Positions 1 to 9,469 of a stretch of DNA of 64,000 nt are shown piece by piece. The number at the start of each line of letters is the position of its first letter. The first letter of the stretch is position 1. The position numbers were made by a program, and so were the translations under genes. Source of the DNA: Candidatus Doudnabacteria bacterium (GTDB taxonomy: Bacteria > Patescibacteriota > Doudnabacteria > UBA920); the NCBI GenBank assembly GCA_031291995.1, contig JARLHZ010000034.1, forward strand, positions 14,915 to 78,914, in the 5' to 3' direction. Under the pieces are notes generated by a model. It did no database searches. It worked only from the letters and a program-made list of their open reading frames with translations, and had not been told where the DNA came from.

Positions 1-66
1 AGGATTAGTCCTTGAGTTCAAACTTGATTCGCAAGTTCGTAAAAATTCGTAATTCGTAAAATCTAT

Positions 67-606
67 ATGGAACGACTTCAGGAACAATACAATAAACAGA
101 TAGCCCCGGCACTCAAACAGAAGTTCGGTTTTAGCAATGTCATGCAGGTCCCGAAAATTTTGAAAGTGGTTGTTAATGTCGGCGTTGGCAAAGTGAAGGA
201 AGACAAGAAGAAAGTTGACCAGATTGCCGAAGAGATAAAGAAAATTACCGGCCAGGCGCCGGTTAAGACCAAGGCCCGCAAATCCATTTCCGGTTTCAAA
301 GTTCGTGAAAATCAGATTGTCGGAATTACCTGCACGCTGCGCGGCTATAAAATGTACAGTTTTTTGGATAAAGTAATTAATGTCGGCCTGCCCCGCGTGC
401 GCGATTTCCAGGGAGTTTCCAAAGACGCTTTTGACGGACGCGGCAACTACCATTTGGGATTAAAAGAACAGCTGGTATTTCCGGAAGTGTCGTCCGAAAG
501 CTTAGACAATATATTCGGTATGGAAGTTTCGATAGTCACCAACGCCGGCAAAGACGAGCCCGCCAGAGAATTATTAAAGCAGATGGGATTCCCCTTTAAG
601 AAGTAA
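67..606 (+). CDS. rplE: 50S ribosomal protein uL5
   Basis: VPKILKVVVNVGVG, ITGQAPVKTKARKSISGFKVRE and LPRVRDFQG motifs; spc operon position. Confidence 0.98.
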   Translation: MERLQEQYNKQIAPALKQKFGFSNVMQVPKILKVVVNVGVGKVKEDKKKVDQIAEEIKKITGQAPVKTKARKSISGFKVRENQIVGITCTLRGYKMYSFLDKVINVGLPRVRDFQGVSKDAFDGRGNYHLGLKEQLVFPEVSSESLDNIFGMEVSIVTNAGKDEPARELLKQMGFPFKK

Positions 607-695
607 TAAGAGAATAGAGATTAGTGCTTAGTGAATAGGATAGAACGTATGTCTTCTCCTATTCACTATGCACTAGGCACTAAGCACTAAATCAA

Positions 696-893
696 ATGGC
701 CACACAAGCACAAATCGCGAAGTCCAAGAGAAGCCTGAAAAAGAACGCCAAGTTTTCCACCCGGATTACCAGGCGATGTTGGAAGTGCGGCCGCAAAGCC
801 GGGTATATGCGGGATTTTAACTTATGCAGAATTTGCTTCAGGGAATTGGCCAGTAAAGGGGAAATACCGGGAATTGTTAAAGCCAGTTGGTAA
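696..893 (+). CDS. rpsN: 30S ribosomal protein uS14, zinc-binding type
   Basis: CWKC...CRIC zinc motif; ends [11 protein letters not shown]. Confidence 0.97.
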   Translation: MATQAQIAKSKRSLKKNAKFSTRITRRCWKCGRKAGYMRDFNLCRICFRELASKGEIPGIVKASW

Positions 894-896
894 ATT

Positions 897-987
897 AATT
901 GACAAGATTGACATGATTGAGCAAGAATGACAAGATTGCCAATCGTAAATCATGTCAATCATTTAAATCATTTAAATCTTGTTCAAT
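897..987. repeat. GACAAGATT-unit tandem palindrome (family B); other copies at 2106-2221, 2612-2739 and a relative at 32001-32092
   Basis: Shared AATTGACAAGATTGAC..ATTGAGCAAGAATGACAAGATTGCCA left arm; 9-mer AATCATNTN right arm. Confidence 0.9.
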
Positions 988-995
988 AAAATATT

Positions 996-1385
996 ATGTT
1001 CACCGACCCAATCGCCGACATGTTAACCAGAATCCGAAACGCCAGTGCCGCTAAAAAAAGCGAGCTGGTTTTGCCTTACTCCAAATTTAAGGCAAACTTG
1101 GCGGATCTGTTGTTGAAAGAGGGCTTCATTTCCGGATGCGGAGAACTGGCTGGCGAACATAAAATGCTGAGAATCAGTTTGAAATATTCCGGGCAGGAAG
1201 CCATTATTTCGGGGATTAAGCGCATAAGCAAGCCTGGGCAGAGAATCTATCTGCCGGCCGACAAGTTGCCAAGAACTAATTCGGGATTCGGCGTTACCGT
1301 TATTTCCACTTCCAAGGGATTGATGACAGACAAGGAAGCAAGAAAGGCCAAGGTTGGGGGAGAGATAGTGTGCCAGGTCTGGTAA
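996..1385 (+). CDS. rpsH: 30S ribosomal protein uS8
   Basis: DPIADMLTRIRNA, RISKPGQRIY and STSKGLMT motifs. Confidence 0.98.
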   Translation: MFTDPIADMLTRIRNASAAKKSELVLPYSKFKANLADLLLKEGFISGCGELAGEHKMLRISLKYSGQEAIISGIKRISKPGQRIYLPADKLPRTNSGFGVTVISTSKGLMTDKEARKAKVGGEIVCQVW

Positions 1386-1547
1386 AACGCTGAAGGGACG
1401 CTGAACTGACACCAACGCTGATACTTCGCTGAATCGTCGGGTGTCGACCTAAGCGACCAATAATCGTGTATATCGGCGATCAATCGGCGTGAAAAATTAT
1501 TACTTAGCAGCATTCATTAATTTATCCAAATTTACTAATTCAACAAT

Positions 1548-2102
1548 ATGTCCCGTATCGGCAAAAAACCCGTAATAATTCCTTCCGGCGTGAAGGTAGA
1601 GAAAAAAGATTTGACTTTGACCGTTACCGGTCCTAAAGGGACTTTAACTTTAGCCGTGCATCCCAAGGTTATTGTGAATATTACCGATAAAGAAGTTACG
1701 ATAGACGTAGCCAACAAAGAAAACAAGCAGGAACGCGCGTTGTGGGGATTATTCCGCGCTCTTACCCAGAATCTGGTTGACGGCGTGACCAAGGGTTATG
1801 AGAAAAAGCTGGAAGTTATTGGTGTCGGTTTTAAAGTTGCCACTACTCCCGGAAAGCTGACTATGGCTCTGGGTTTTTCCCATCCGGTTATAGTTGATGT
1901 GCCCAAGGATTTGACCATTGCCGTGGAAAAAAATACAATTACCGTTATGGGTGCCGACAAGCAGCGGGTTGGGCAATTTGCCGCGGAAATCCGCGAACTT
2001 AAAAAACCGGAGCCTTATAAGGGCAAGGGAATTAAATATATTGACGAAGTCGTCCGCCGCAAAGCCGGAAAAGTTGTGAAGGTGGTAGGCGGCGGCAAAT
2101 AA
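1548..2102 (+). CDS. rplF: 50S ribosomal protein uL6
   Basis: MSRIGKKP start; PEPYKGKGI motif. Confidence 0.98.
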   Translation: MSRIGKKPVIIPSGVKVEKKDLTLTVTGPKGTLTLAVHPKVIVNITDKEVTIDVANKENKQERALWGLFRALTQNLVDGVTKGYEKKLEVIGVGFKVATTPGKLTMALGFSHPVIVDVPKDLTIAVEKNTITVMGADKQRVGQFAAEIRELKKPEPYKGKGIKYIDEVVRRKAGKVVKVVGGGK

Positions 2103-2228
2103 GCAATTGACAAGATTGACATAATTGAGCAAGAATGACAAGATTGCCATTTGTAAATCATGTCAATCATGTCAATCATTTAAATCATTTAAATCATTTA
2201 AATCATTTAATTCTTGGTTAATCAGACT

Positions 2229-2612
2229 ATGAACAGCAACAAGCAAAAAAGAGCAAAGCGAATTATCCGCCACAAACGGGTCAGGTCGACCGTGGCCGGG
2301 ACTGCCGACAGGCCACGTCTTTCCGTATTTCGCGCCAATACCCACATTTACGCCCAGGTGATTGACGATTTATCCGGAAAAACTTTGGTTTCAGCTTCCA
2401 GTTTGGAAGTTTCCGCCAAAGGCGGACCCTCCTCCGGTGGAAAAGCCAAGGCAAAAAAATCCGACATGTCCAAAGAAGTCGGTAAAATGATTGCCCAAAA
2501 GGCAATGGCCAAGAATATCAAAGCTGTCCGGTTTGACCGCGGCGGATTTGCGTATCACGGCCGGGTCAAAGCTTTGGCCGACGGCGCGCGCGAGGGTGGA
2601 TTAGAGTTCTAA
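2229..2612 (+). CDS. rplR: 50S ribosomal protein uL18 with a 10-aa palindrome-derived insertion
   Basis: RPRLSVFR and [17 protein letters not shown] motifs; ATG at 2229 preferred because the upstream start lies in a repeat. Confidence 0.97.
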   Translation: MNSNKQKRAKRIIRHKRVRSTVAGTADRPRLSVFRANTHIYAQVIDDLSGKTLVSASSLEVSAKGGPSSGGKAKAKKSDMSKEVGKMIAQKAMAKNIKAVRFDRGGFAYHGRVKALADGAREGGLEF

Positions 2613-2744
2613 TTGACAAGATTGACGTGATTGAGCAAGAATGACAAGATTGCCAATCGAAAATCATGCCAATCATTTTCCGCCAAAGGCGGAGCCGCCT
2701 CCGGCGGGAAATTAACTCACATTTAAATCTTGTTCAATAATTCT

Positions 2745-3248
2745 ATGGAAAAAAGACGCAGACAATCAGGCCGGGACGGCGGCGACCGCGAACGCAATGA
2801 GTTCGACCAAAAAACCGTGGAAATTAAGCGCGTCACCCGCGTGGTGGCCGGCGGAAAACGCATGCGTTTTCGCGCGTTGGTTGTAATTGGCGACCACAAG
2901 GGCCGCGTAGGCATGGGCCTGAAAAAAGGCGCGGATGTTTCGGAAAGCGTCAACAAAGCCGTGAACGCCGCCAAAAAGAGCATGATTACATTGCCTTTAA
3001 TTAACGAAACCATTCCGCACGAAGTCAATGTTAAATATAAGTCTTCCAGTTTAATGTTCAAGCCGGCCAAGCCCGGTACCGGCGTTATTGCCGGAGGGGC
3101 GGTTCGCAGCGTTATGGAGCTTTCCGGCGTAAAGAACGTCGTCTGCAAAATGCTTGGCTCGAACAATAAAGTTAACAATGTCAAAGCCGTGTTTGCCGCT
3201 TTTAATAAAATGAAGAGCAAGTCGGCGCTGGCACAAATGCGCAAATAG
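2745..3248 (+). CDS. rpsE: 30S ribosomal protein uS5
   Basis: RVTRVVAGGKRMRFRALVVIGD and PGTGVIAGG motifs. Confidence 0.98.
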   Translation: MEKRRRQSGRDGGDRERNEFDQKTVEIKRVTRVVAGGKRMRFRALVVIGDHKGRVGMGLKKGADVSESVNKAVNAAKKSMITLPLINETIPHEVNVKYKSSSLMFKPAKPGTGVIAGGAVRSVMELSGVKNVVCKMLGSNNKVNNVKAVFAAFNKMKSKSALAQMRK

Positions 3249-3329
3249 TTTACGAAGTACGAACAAGTACGAACTTACGAAAGTTTGTACTTAAGGTTCG
3301 TATGTTCGTAAAATTTCGTACTTCGTAAA
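3249..3329. repeat. TACGAA-unit tandem palindrome (family A); other copies at 3773-3853, 22151-22225, 43905-43972, a variant at 49586-49664 and a half at 27-61
   Basis: Four TACGAA units followed by four TTCGTA units; copies nearly identical. Confidence 0.9.
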
Positions 3330-3337
3330 ATACATTT

Positions 3338-3772
3338 ATGATCAAACTCCACGAACTCCACAAACACCCCAAATCCACCCACCGCCGCAAGGTTGTCGGC
3401 AGGGGTCTTGGCAGCGGCAAGGGAACCTATTCCACCCGCGGCAACAAGGGTCAAACCAAACGTACCGGACACAGCAAGATGCCTGTTAATTTTGAAGGCG
3501 GCCGCCAGCCGCTGGTTCGCCAATTGCCGAAGTTGCGCGGTTTTCGGGCTCTTGACGGCAAACCAGCCGTAGTCTCTTTGAACGAATTGGCTGTTTTTGC
3601 CGATGGTGCCACCGTGGATCTTAAATCTTTGATTGCCAAAGGTTTGGTGGATGATATGACAAAAACCGCAAAAATATTAGGCGGCGAAATTAAAAAGAAA
3701 TTAAACATAAAATTGCCAATTTCGGCATCCGCCAAAGAAGCGGTGGAAAAAGCCGGGGGCAAAGTCTTTTAG
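3338..3772 (+). CDS. rplO: 50S ribosomal protein uL15
   Basis: VGRGLGSGKG and FEGGRQPLVRQLPK motifs. Confidence 0.97.
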   Translation: MIKLHELHKHPKSTHRRKVVGRGLGSGKGTYSTRGNKGQTKRTGHSKMPVNFEGGRQPLVRQLPKLRGFRALDGKPAVVSLNELAVFADGATVDLKSLIAKGLVDDMTKTAKILGGEIKKKLNIKLPISASAKEAVEKAGGKVF

Positions 3773-3859
3773 TTTACGAAGTACGAACAGGTACGAACTT
3801 ACGAAGGTTTGTACTTAAGGTTCGTAAGTTCGTAAAATTTCGTACTTCGTAAAAAATAT

Positions 3860-5140
3860 ATGAACAAACTAGCGTTAATTTGGAAAACCAAGGACCTGCG
3901 CAATAAAATTTTAATTGTAACGGGTCTGTTGTTAATTACCCGCGTACTGGCTCATATCCCGATTTCCGGCATAGATATTACCGGACTCAAAAGCTACCTC
4001 CAGCAGAGCCAGTTTTTTAATTTGTTGGATATATTTTCCGGCGGCGGCTTGACCAATTTCTCCATCGCCATGCTTGGTGTTGGTCCGTACATTACCGCCA
4101 CCATCATTATGCAGTTGTTAACCATTGTCATACCGTCCTGGGCGGAGTTGCAAAAAGAAGGCGGCGAGGCCGGCCGGCAACAGTTAAACCAATACACCCG
4201 CTGGATGACTATTGTTCTGGCTCCTCTCCAGGGTTTCGGCACCATTCGTTTGCTGCAGAGCCAGGGCGGCGCGGCGGTATTGGGAAGTTTTAGCCCGTTT
4301 GTATGGTTTACGGTTTTGTTGTCCATTACTACCGGCACGATGCTGCTTATGTGGCTGGGTGAAATTATGTCGGAATTTGACGTTGGCAACGGAGTCTCGT
4401 TGATTATTTTTGCCGGCATTGTCGCCCGCTTGCCCGCCAACCTTGGTTTTTTGCAGGGCTGGTACGATCCATCCAAGTTGCCGACAGTCTTGGCTTTTGC
4501 GGCCATGATTTTAATTGTCATTGCCGGAGTGGTTTTGGTAACTGAAGCGCAAAGGAATATTCCCATTGCCTATGCCAAGCGCGTCCGCGGCAACCAGCTG
4601 TTTGGGGGAGTGGATACTCATTTGCCGCTTCGCTTGAACCAGGCTGGAGTTATTCCGATTATTTTTGCGATTTCCGTCATGCTTTTCCCGGCCATGTTGG
4701 CCCAGTTTTTCGTCAATGCCAAATCGGGCCTATTGGCCGGGTTGGCGACAAAAACCATTGCTCTGTTCCAAAGCCAGGGGTTGTTTTATGGCGTGACTTA
4801 TTTTATTTTGGTTATGGCGTTTACGTATTTTTATACGGCTGTGGTGTTTAATCCCGAGGAAATTGCCGAAAATGTGCAAAAAAACGGCGGCTTTGTCCCA
4901 GGCCTAAGGCCTGGCGCTCAGACTGCGGATTTTTTGAGCATGGTGCTCAACCGTATTACCCTGGCCGGCGCCTTCTTTTTGGCCGTCATCGCTATTTTGC
5001 CTCTTATCTTGCAAAACTATACCGGCACTACTTCGTTAACCTTTGGCGGTACTTCTTTATTGATTGTGGTCTCCGTGGTCATCGAAGTAATCAAAAAAAT
5101 CGAAGCTCAGCTGACAATGCACGACTATGAGGGCTTTTAG
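3860..5140 (+). CDS. secY: Preprotein translocase subunit SecY
   Basis: GVGPYITATIIMQLL, GNGVSLIIFAGI, GVIPIIFA and PGLRPG motifs. Confidence 0.98.
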   Translation: MNKLALIWKTKDLRNKILIVTGLLLITRVLAHIPISGIDITGLKSYLQQSQFFNLLDIFSGGGLTNFSIAMLGVGPYITATIIMQLLTIVIPSWAELQKEGGEAGRQQLNQYTRWMTIVLAPLQGFGTIRLLQSQGGAAVLGSFSPFVWFTVLLSITTGTMLLMWLGEIMSEFDVGNGVSLIIFAGIVARLPANLGFLQGWYDPSKLPTVLAFAAMILIVIAGVVLVTEAQRNIPIAYAKRVRGNQLFGGVDTHLPLRLNQAGVIPIIFAISVMLFPAMLAQFFVNAKSGLLAGLATKTIALFQSQGLFYGVTYFILVMAFTYFYTAVVFNPEEIAENVQKNGGFVPGLRPGAQTADFLSMVLNRITLAGAFFLAVIAILPLILQNYTGTTSLTFGGTSLLIVVSVVIEVIKKIEAQLTMHDYEGF

Positions 5141-5198
5141 ATACCGCGGATCTGCGCGCGGATAGCGACGCGGATCGGTCGCGGAAGCTATTATCCGT

Positions 5199-5281
5199 GT
5201 CATTGCGAGTGCGTCCGAAGCAATCCATATTCTGATAAGATTGCTTCGTCGTCAGCCAAAGCCCCGAATCCCAGCAATGAC
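5199..5281. repeat. Empty GTCATTGCGAG...GCAATGAC inverted pair; second copy at 23746-23817
   Basis: GTCATTGCGAGTGCRTCCGAAGCAATC - short AT-rich spacer - AGAYTGCTTCGTCG...AAYGAC. Confidence 0.85.
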
Positions 5282-5342
5282 AGCAATAATTTACCAATTC
5301 CCAAAAACCTGCCATAATATTGGCAGGTTTTAAAATGACTTT

Positions 5343-5891
5343 ATGGTATTATCGGATAAATCGATAAACGAATATCTGGCCAGTGGAAAAATAATAATTG
5401 AACCCGCGGTCACGCCAAACGATGTTCGTCCTGTTGGAATCAGATTACATTTGGGAGAAGGTTTGCTTCTGCCAAAATCCGGTCAGACTGTGGATTTATC
5501 GAAAGAACAGCCGGTCGATTATGATTCCATTACGATGGGTACCGACGGGTTTGTTTTAAAGCCCAGTGGATTTATTTTAGGAACAACTTTGGAGTTAATT
5601 AAGGTACCGAGAAATATTGTCTGTTTTTTGGACGGGCGTTCCACCCTGGCAAGGTTAGGTCTGATGATTCATGTTACGGCCATGGTCGCTGACGGTAATT
5701 TTGAAGAGCCCGGTTCAATTGTTTTGGAAATAAAGAATCTTTCCCCGATGAATTTAATTTTAAAACCTAACTTGCCCATAGGCATGCTGTTGTTTAATCA
5801 GATTGATCAAGAAATTGCCCAAGACGTCCAATTCCAGTATAAAGGGCAAAAAGGGGTTTTACCGCCGGACTTAAAAAATCAATTCAAGTAA
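5343..5891 (+). CDS. dcd: dCTP deaminase
   Basis: MVLSD start, GRSTLARLGL, LEIKN and YKGQ motifs. Confidence 0.88.
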   Translation: MVLSDKSINEYLASGKIIIEPAVTPNDVRPVGIRLHLGEGLLLPKSGQTVDLSKEQPVDYDSITMGTDGFVLKPSGFILGTTLELIKVPRNIVCFLDGRSTLARLGLMIHVTAMVADGNFEEPGSIVLEIKNLSPMNLILKPNLPIGMLLFNQIDQEIAQDVQFQYKGQKGVLPPDLKNQFK

Positions 5892-6257
5892 ATGCAAAAC
5901 GAAGAATTCGAAAATTTGATCAACGCCGCCATAGTGGCTTTGCCGAAAAATATTTTGGCTAAACTGGATAATGTGGAAATAACCATGGAAGAAGGGGATA
6001 GCCCCGACAATTCCCTGTTTGGTTTGTATCACGGCGTGTCACAGTTAAAACGCGGTTCGACTTACGGTTACGGCTCGGTTTTACCCGACAAAATTACTAT
6101 TTATAAAGGCACTATTGAAAAATTCGCCACCGATCCCGCCGATATCCCTTTTATGGTTCGCCGCGTCGTCTGGCACGAAATCGGCCACCATTTTGGTTTT
6201 GACGAAGAAGGCGTAAGGCGCTTGGAAGAAAAGTGGCGAAGAGAGGGTAAAGTGTAA
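5892..6257 (+). CDS. Minimal zincin-like metallopeptidase (Zincin_1 type)
   Basis: LFGLYHGV, PDKITIY and HEIGHHFG (HExxH). Confidence 0.85.
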   Translation: MQNEEFENLINAAIVALPKNILAKLDNVEITMEEGDSPDNSLFGLYHGVSQLKRGSTYGYGSVLPDKITIYKGTIEKFATDPADIPFMVRRVVWHEIGHHFGFDEEGVRRLEEKWRREGKV

Positions 6258-6400
6258 ATCTTTAAGTTGATTTTTTGCTCGGCCGAGCAAAAACTCAACA
6301 AGCATTTTTTAGCAAAACATGACAAAGCGGTTATTATTGACAAAATTGGGGAAAAAATGTAAAATATAAAGTTAAATGTGTGTTATAATTTAATGGAAAT

Positions 6401-6826
6401 ATGCAAGAACAAACGAATCGAAACTTAACACCAGAAGAAAAACAGCAATTAGACGCGCTGCTCGCAAAAGCCGCTGATAATCGGATCAAGCCCGTTGAAT
6501 CGGATCTGTCTAATGCCGAAATTATAAGCCAAAAGGAGAGCGAAATCTCTCCGGATTTTGGGAGAGATACTCAAATTCCGCTTAAAAATCCGCCTGAAGT
6601 TAAACATTTTAATGCTGATGTTACAGGGGCTGCTAAACCGGTTTCCGCTCAGGCACAAGCGGCCAGTGAATCTTCTCAAAATAGGACAAATGGTGAATAC
6701 TATCTGGATACTTTGGCAAATGGTGAATTAATTGATTCCTCCAATAAGGCTACTGACGCTTTAAATGAATTGCTGCAACGCTTGCAAAATCCGGAGTCAG
6801 ACAAGACCACCCCTGATAAAAAGTAA
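6401..6826 (+). CDS. Hypothetical protein
   Basis: 141-aa hydrophilic ORF with an extended -10 (TGTTATAAT, 6381-6389) upstream. Confidence 0.6.
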   Translation: MQEQTNRNLTPEEKQQLDALLAKAADNRIKPVESDLSNAEIISQKESEISPDFGRDTQIPLKNPPEVKHFNADVTGAAKPVSAQAQAASESSQNRTNGEYYLDTLANGELIDSSNKATDALNELLQRLQNPESDKTTPDKK

Positions 6827-6851
6827 AAATTAGTTTGTTTCCAAAACAAAA

Positions 6852-9410
6852 ATGCCCGTTGAGCTAAGCACAATTCAAATTACGGCTCTGGTTTTAATTG
6901 CTTTGGTAGTCATTTTTTTGACTATCGCTTTTTATTATTTTAAAAGGCATCGCTATCACAGCAAACATATAGTTCCCAGAATAAAAGACTGGGTATTTTT
7001 GGAAATACAAATGCCCAAGGAAGGCTCGGAGGACAAGGACCAGCAGAGGCCGAAATCCGAGGAAGAAAAAAAGGCGTTGATTGCCGTGGCGGAGCAGTTG
7101 TTTACTACGCTTTCGGAGTCCGGACACAACAAAGGCTGGCTTTTGGGCAAGGATTATTACAGTTTTGAAATCGCATGCACGGAAAAGAAAATCAGTTTTT
7201 ATATAAATTGCCCGAAGCATTTACAGCAGCTGGTGGAAAAGCAGGTTCAGGCCCAGTATCCCCACGCCTTTGTGGAAGAAGTTAAAGGCTACAACCCGTT
7301 CCAAAAGGGCGGGACGATTGAAGTTATGGAATTGGAGCTGAACAAACAATATGTCTACCCGTACCGAACGTATAAAACCATGGAGTCGGACCCGCTGAAT
7401 TCTCTGACTAATGCCATGAGCAAGCTGCAGGAAAACGAAGGCGCGGCCATCCAGATAATTTTATCTCCGGCCGGGACTTTCTGGCAGAGCCGGCCCAGGC
7501 ACATGGCTTTGGAAATCCAGCAGGGTAAGAATCCCGAAATGGTGGAAAGAGGTCATGTCTATAAGTTATTGATAGGTTTCGCGCGATCGGTAGGACGCTC
7601 CATGGCGGGGATAGGCAACGGGAATCAAAATTACCAGGGCTCGCACGCGCATAAAGACTTGTCCGGTTATGCCTCGCCAATCCAGCTGACGCCAATGCAA
7701 AATGAAATTGTTAAAAAGCTGGAAGAAAAAGCCAGCCGCCCCGGTTACAAAACCAACATACGTTTAATTACGTCGTCCACCACGCCCGGGAGCGCGGAAA
7801 TCCACATGCGGAATCTGACCGCCGCGTTTTTACAGTATAATATGCCGCCGTTTAACGGCTTGCATCCTAAAAATCGTGACAAGAACGACGTGCTTAAGGA
7901 TTATATATTCCGCGTCTTCCGCGACAACGGCGCGCACGGCATTTTAAACACGGAAGAGCTGTCTTCCATATGGCATTTGCCCACGCCTTACATTGAAACC
8001 CCCAACATCAAATGGCTGGTATCCAAAAAAGCGCCGCCGCCGGTGAATTTGCCCAAAGAAGGTCTACTGCTTGGCCGCAGTATTTATCGCGGCCAGGAGA
8101 CCAAAGTGTTTATGGAGCGCGATGACCGCCGCCGGCATATGTATATTATCGGCCGCACCGGTTCGGGAAAAACCGAAATTATGAAATATATGTCCGTGCA
8201 GGACATTAAAAACGGCGAAGGTTTGTGCGTCATTGACCCGCACGGTGATTTTATAGAGGATATTTTGCCCCACATCCCCAAAGAGCGGGCCGAGGATGTT
8301 ATTTTATTTGAGCCGTTCGATATGGATCGGCCTATGGGATTGAATATGCTCCAGGTGGACAGCGAAGAACAAAAAGATTTTGCGGTGCAGGAAATGATCC
8401 AGATTTTTTACAAATTGGTTACCGACCCGGCCATGCTCGGACCGATGTTCGAGCACAATATGCGCAATGCTATGCTGACTCTTATGGCGGACGAAGAACA
8501 TCCCGGGACCATCACCGACATCCCGCGGATTTTTACCGACATGGAGTTCCAAAAATATAAAGTGTCCAAGCTCAAAGATCCGGTGGTTCGGCTGTTTTGG
8601 GAAAAAGAAATGGCCAAAACGTCCGACTTCCACAAATCCGAAATGCTTGGCTATTTAATTTCCAAAGTCGGCCGGTTCGTGGAAAACGCCATGATGCGAA
8701 ATATTGTCGGCCAGCCCAAATCGGCGTTTAACTTCCGTGAGGTTATGGACAAGAAAAAAATTCTGCTGATAAATTTGGCCAAAGGCAAAGTCGGTGAAAT
8801 TAACGCTAAACTTTTGGGGCTTATTATTGTCAGCAAAATCCAGATGGCAGCGCTGTCCCGCGCCGACACCAAAGAAGACAACCGTCCCGACTTTTATCTC
8901 TATGTGGATGAGTTCCAAAATTTTATTACCGACGCGTTTTCTTCCATATTATCGGAGGCCAGAAAATACCATCTTAACTTAATTGTCGCCCACCAGTATC
9001 TCGGACAGCTCGAACAGCAGGCCGGGGCGCAGGGAGCGGGCAGTAAGGATTTGCGCGACGCCGTATTCGGCAATGCCGGCACCATGGTTTGTTTCCGCAT
9101 TGGCGCCGAGGATAGCGAAATTATGGCCAAGGAGTTTAAACCGACATTTAACGAATTTGATTTGGTTAATGTGGACCGTTATAACGCATTTTTGAAGCTG
9201 ATGATAAACGGCACCGCCAGCAAGCCGTTTAATGTGGCCACTTACCCATTGCTCAGAAATGGAAATGAAGAGCAGGCTAAGGCTATACGACAGTTGTCAC
9301 GCTTAAAGCACGGGCGTGCCCGGGCCGAAGTGGAAGAAGAAATTTTGGAAGCCGGCCAAGTGGCGGAAAATATGGCGGCGGCTTTGCCGGACATTGAACG
9401 GGGGTTGTAG
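6852..9410 (+). CDS. Membrane-anchored TraD/VirD4/HerA-like (DUF87) P-loop ATPase
   Basis: N-terminal TM helix; Walker A GRTGSGKT; IDPHGD; Walker B YVDEFQNF; SEARKY; AHQY. Confidence 0.85.
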   Translation: MPVELSTIQITALVLIALVVIFLTIAFYYFKRHRYHSKHIVPRIKDWVFLEIQMPKEGSEDKDQQRPKSEEEKKALIAVAEQLFTTLSESGHNKGWLLGKDYYSFEIACTEKKISFYINCPKHLQQLVEKQVQAQYPHAFVEEVKGYNPFQKGGTIEVMELELNKQYVYPYRTYKTMESDPLNSLTNAMSKLQENEGAAIQIILSPAGTFWQSRPRHMALEIQQGKNPEMVERGHVYKLLIGFARSVGRSMAGIGNGNQNYQGSHAHKDLSGYASPIQLTPMQNEIVKKLEEKASRPGYKTNIRLITSSTTPGSAEIHMRNLTAAFLQYNMPPFNGLHPKNRDKNDVLKDYIFRVFRDNGAHGILNTEELSSIWHLPTPYIETPNIKWLVSKKAPPPVNLPKEGLLLGRSIYRGQETKVFMERDDRRRHMYIIGRTGSGKTEIMKYMSVQDIKNGEGLCVIDPHGDFIEDILPHIPKERAEDVILFEPFDMDRPMGLNMLQVDSEEQKDFAVQEMIQIFYKLVTDPAMLGPMFEHNMRNAMLTLMADEEHPGTITDIPRIFTDMEFQKYKVSKLKDPVVRLFWEKEMAKTSDFHKSEMLGYLISKVGRFVENAMMRNIVGQPKSAFNFREVMDKKKILLINLAKGKVGEINAKLLGLIIVSKIQMAALSRADTKEDNRPDFYLYVDEFQNFITDAFSSILSEARKYHLNLIVAHQYLGQLEQQAGAQGAGSKDLRDAVFGNAGTMVCFRIGAEDSEIMAKEFKPTFNEFDLVNVDRYNAFLKLMINGTASKPFNVATYPLLRNGNEEQAKAIRQLSRLKHGRARAEVEEEILEAGQVAENMAAALPDIERGL

Positions 9411-9469
9411 GATCATATAGTAAATAACATATAGGCGCGAATGCGCTCGGCCGGGATGACAATAATTCA

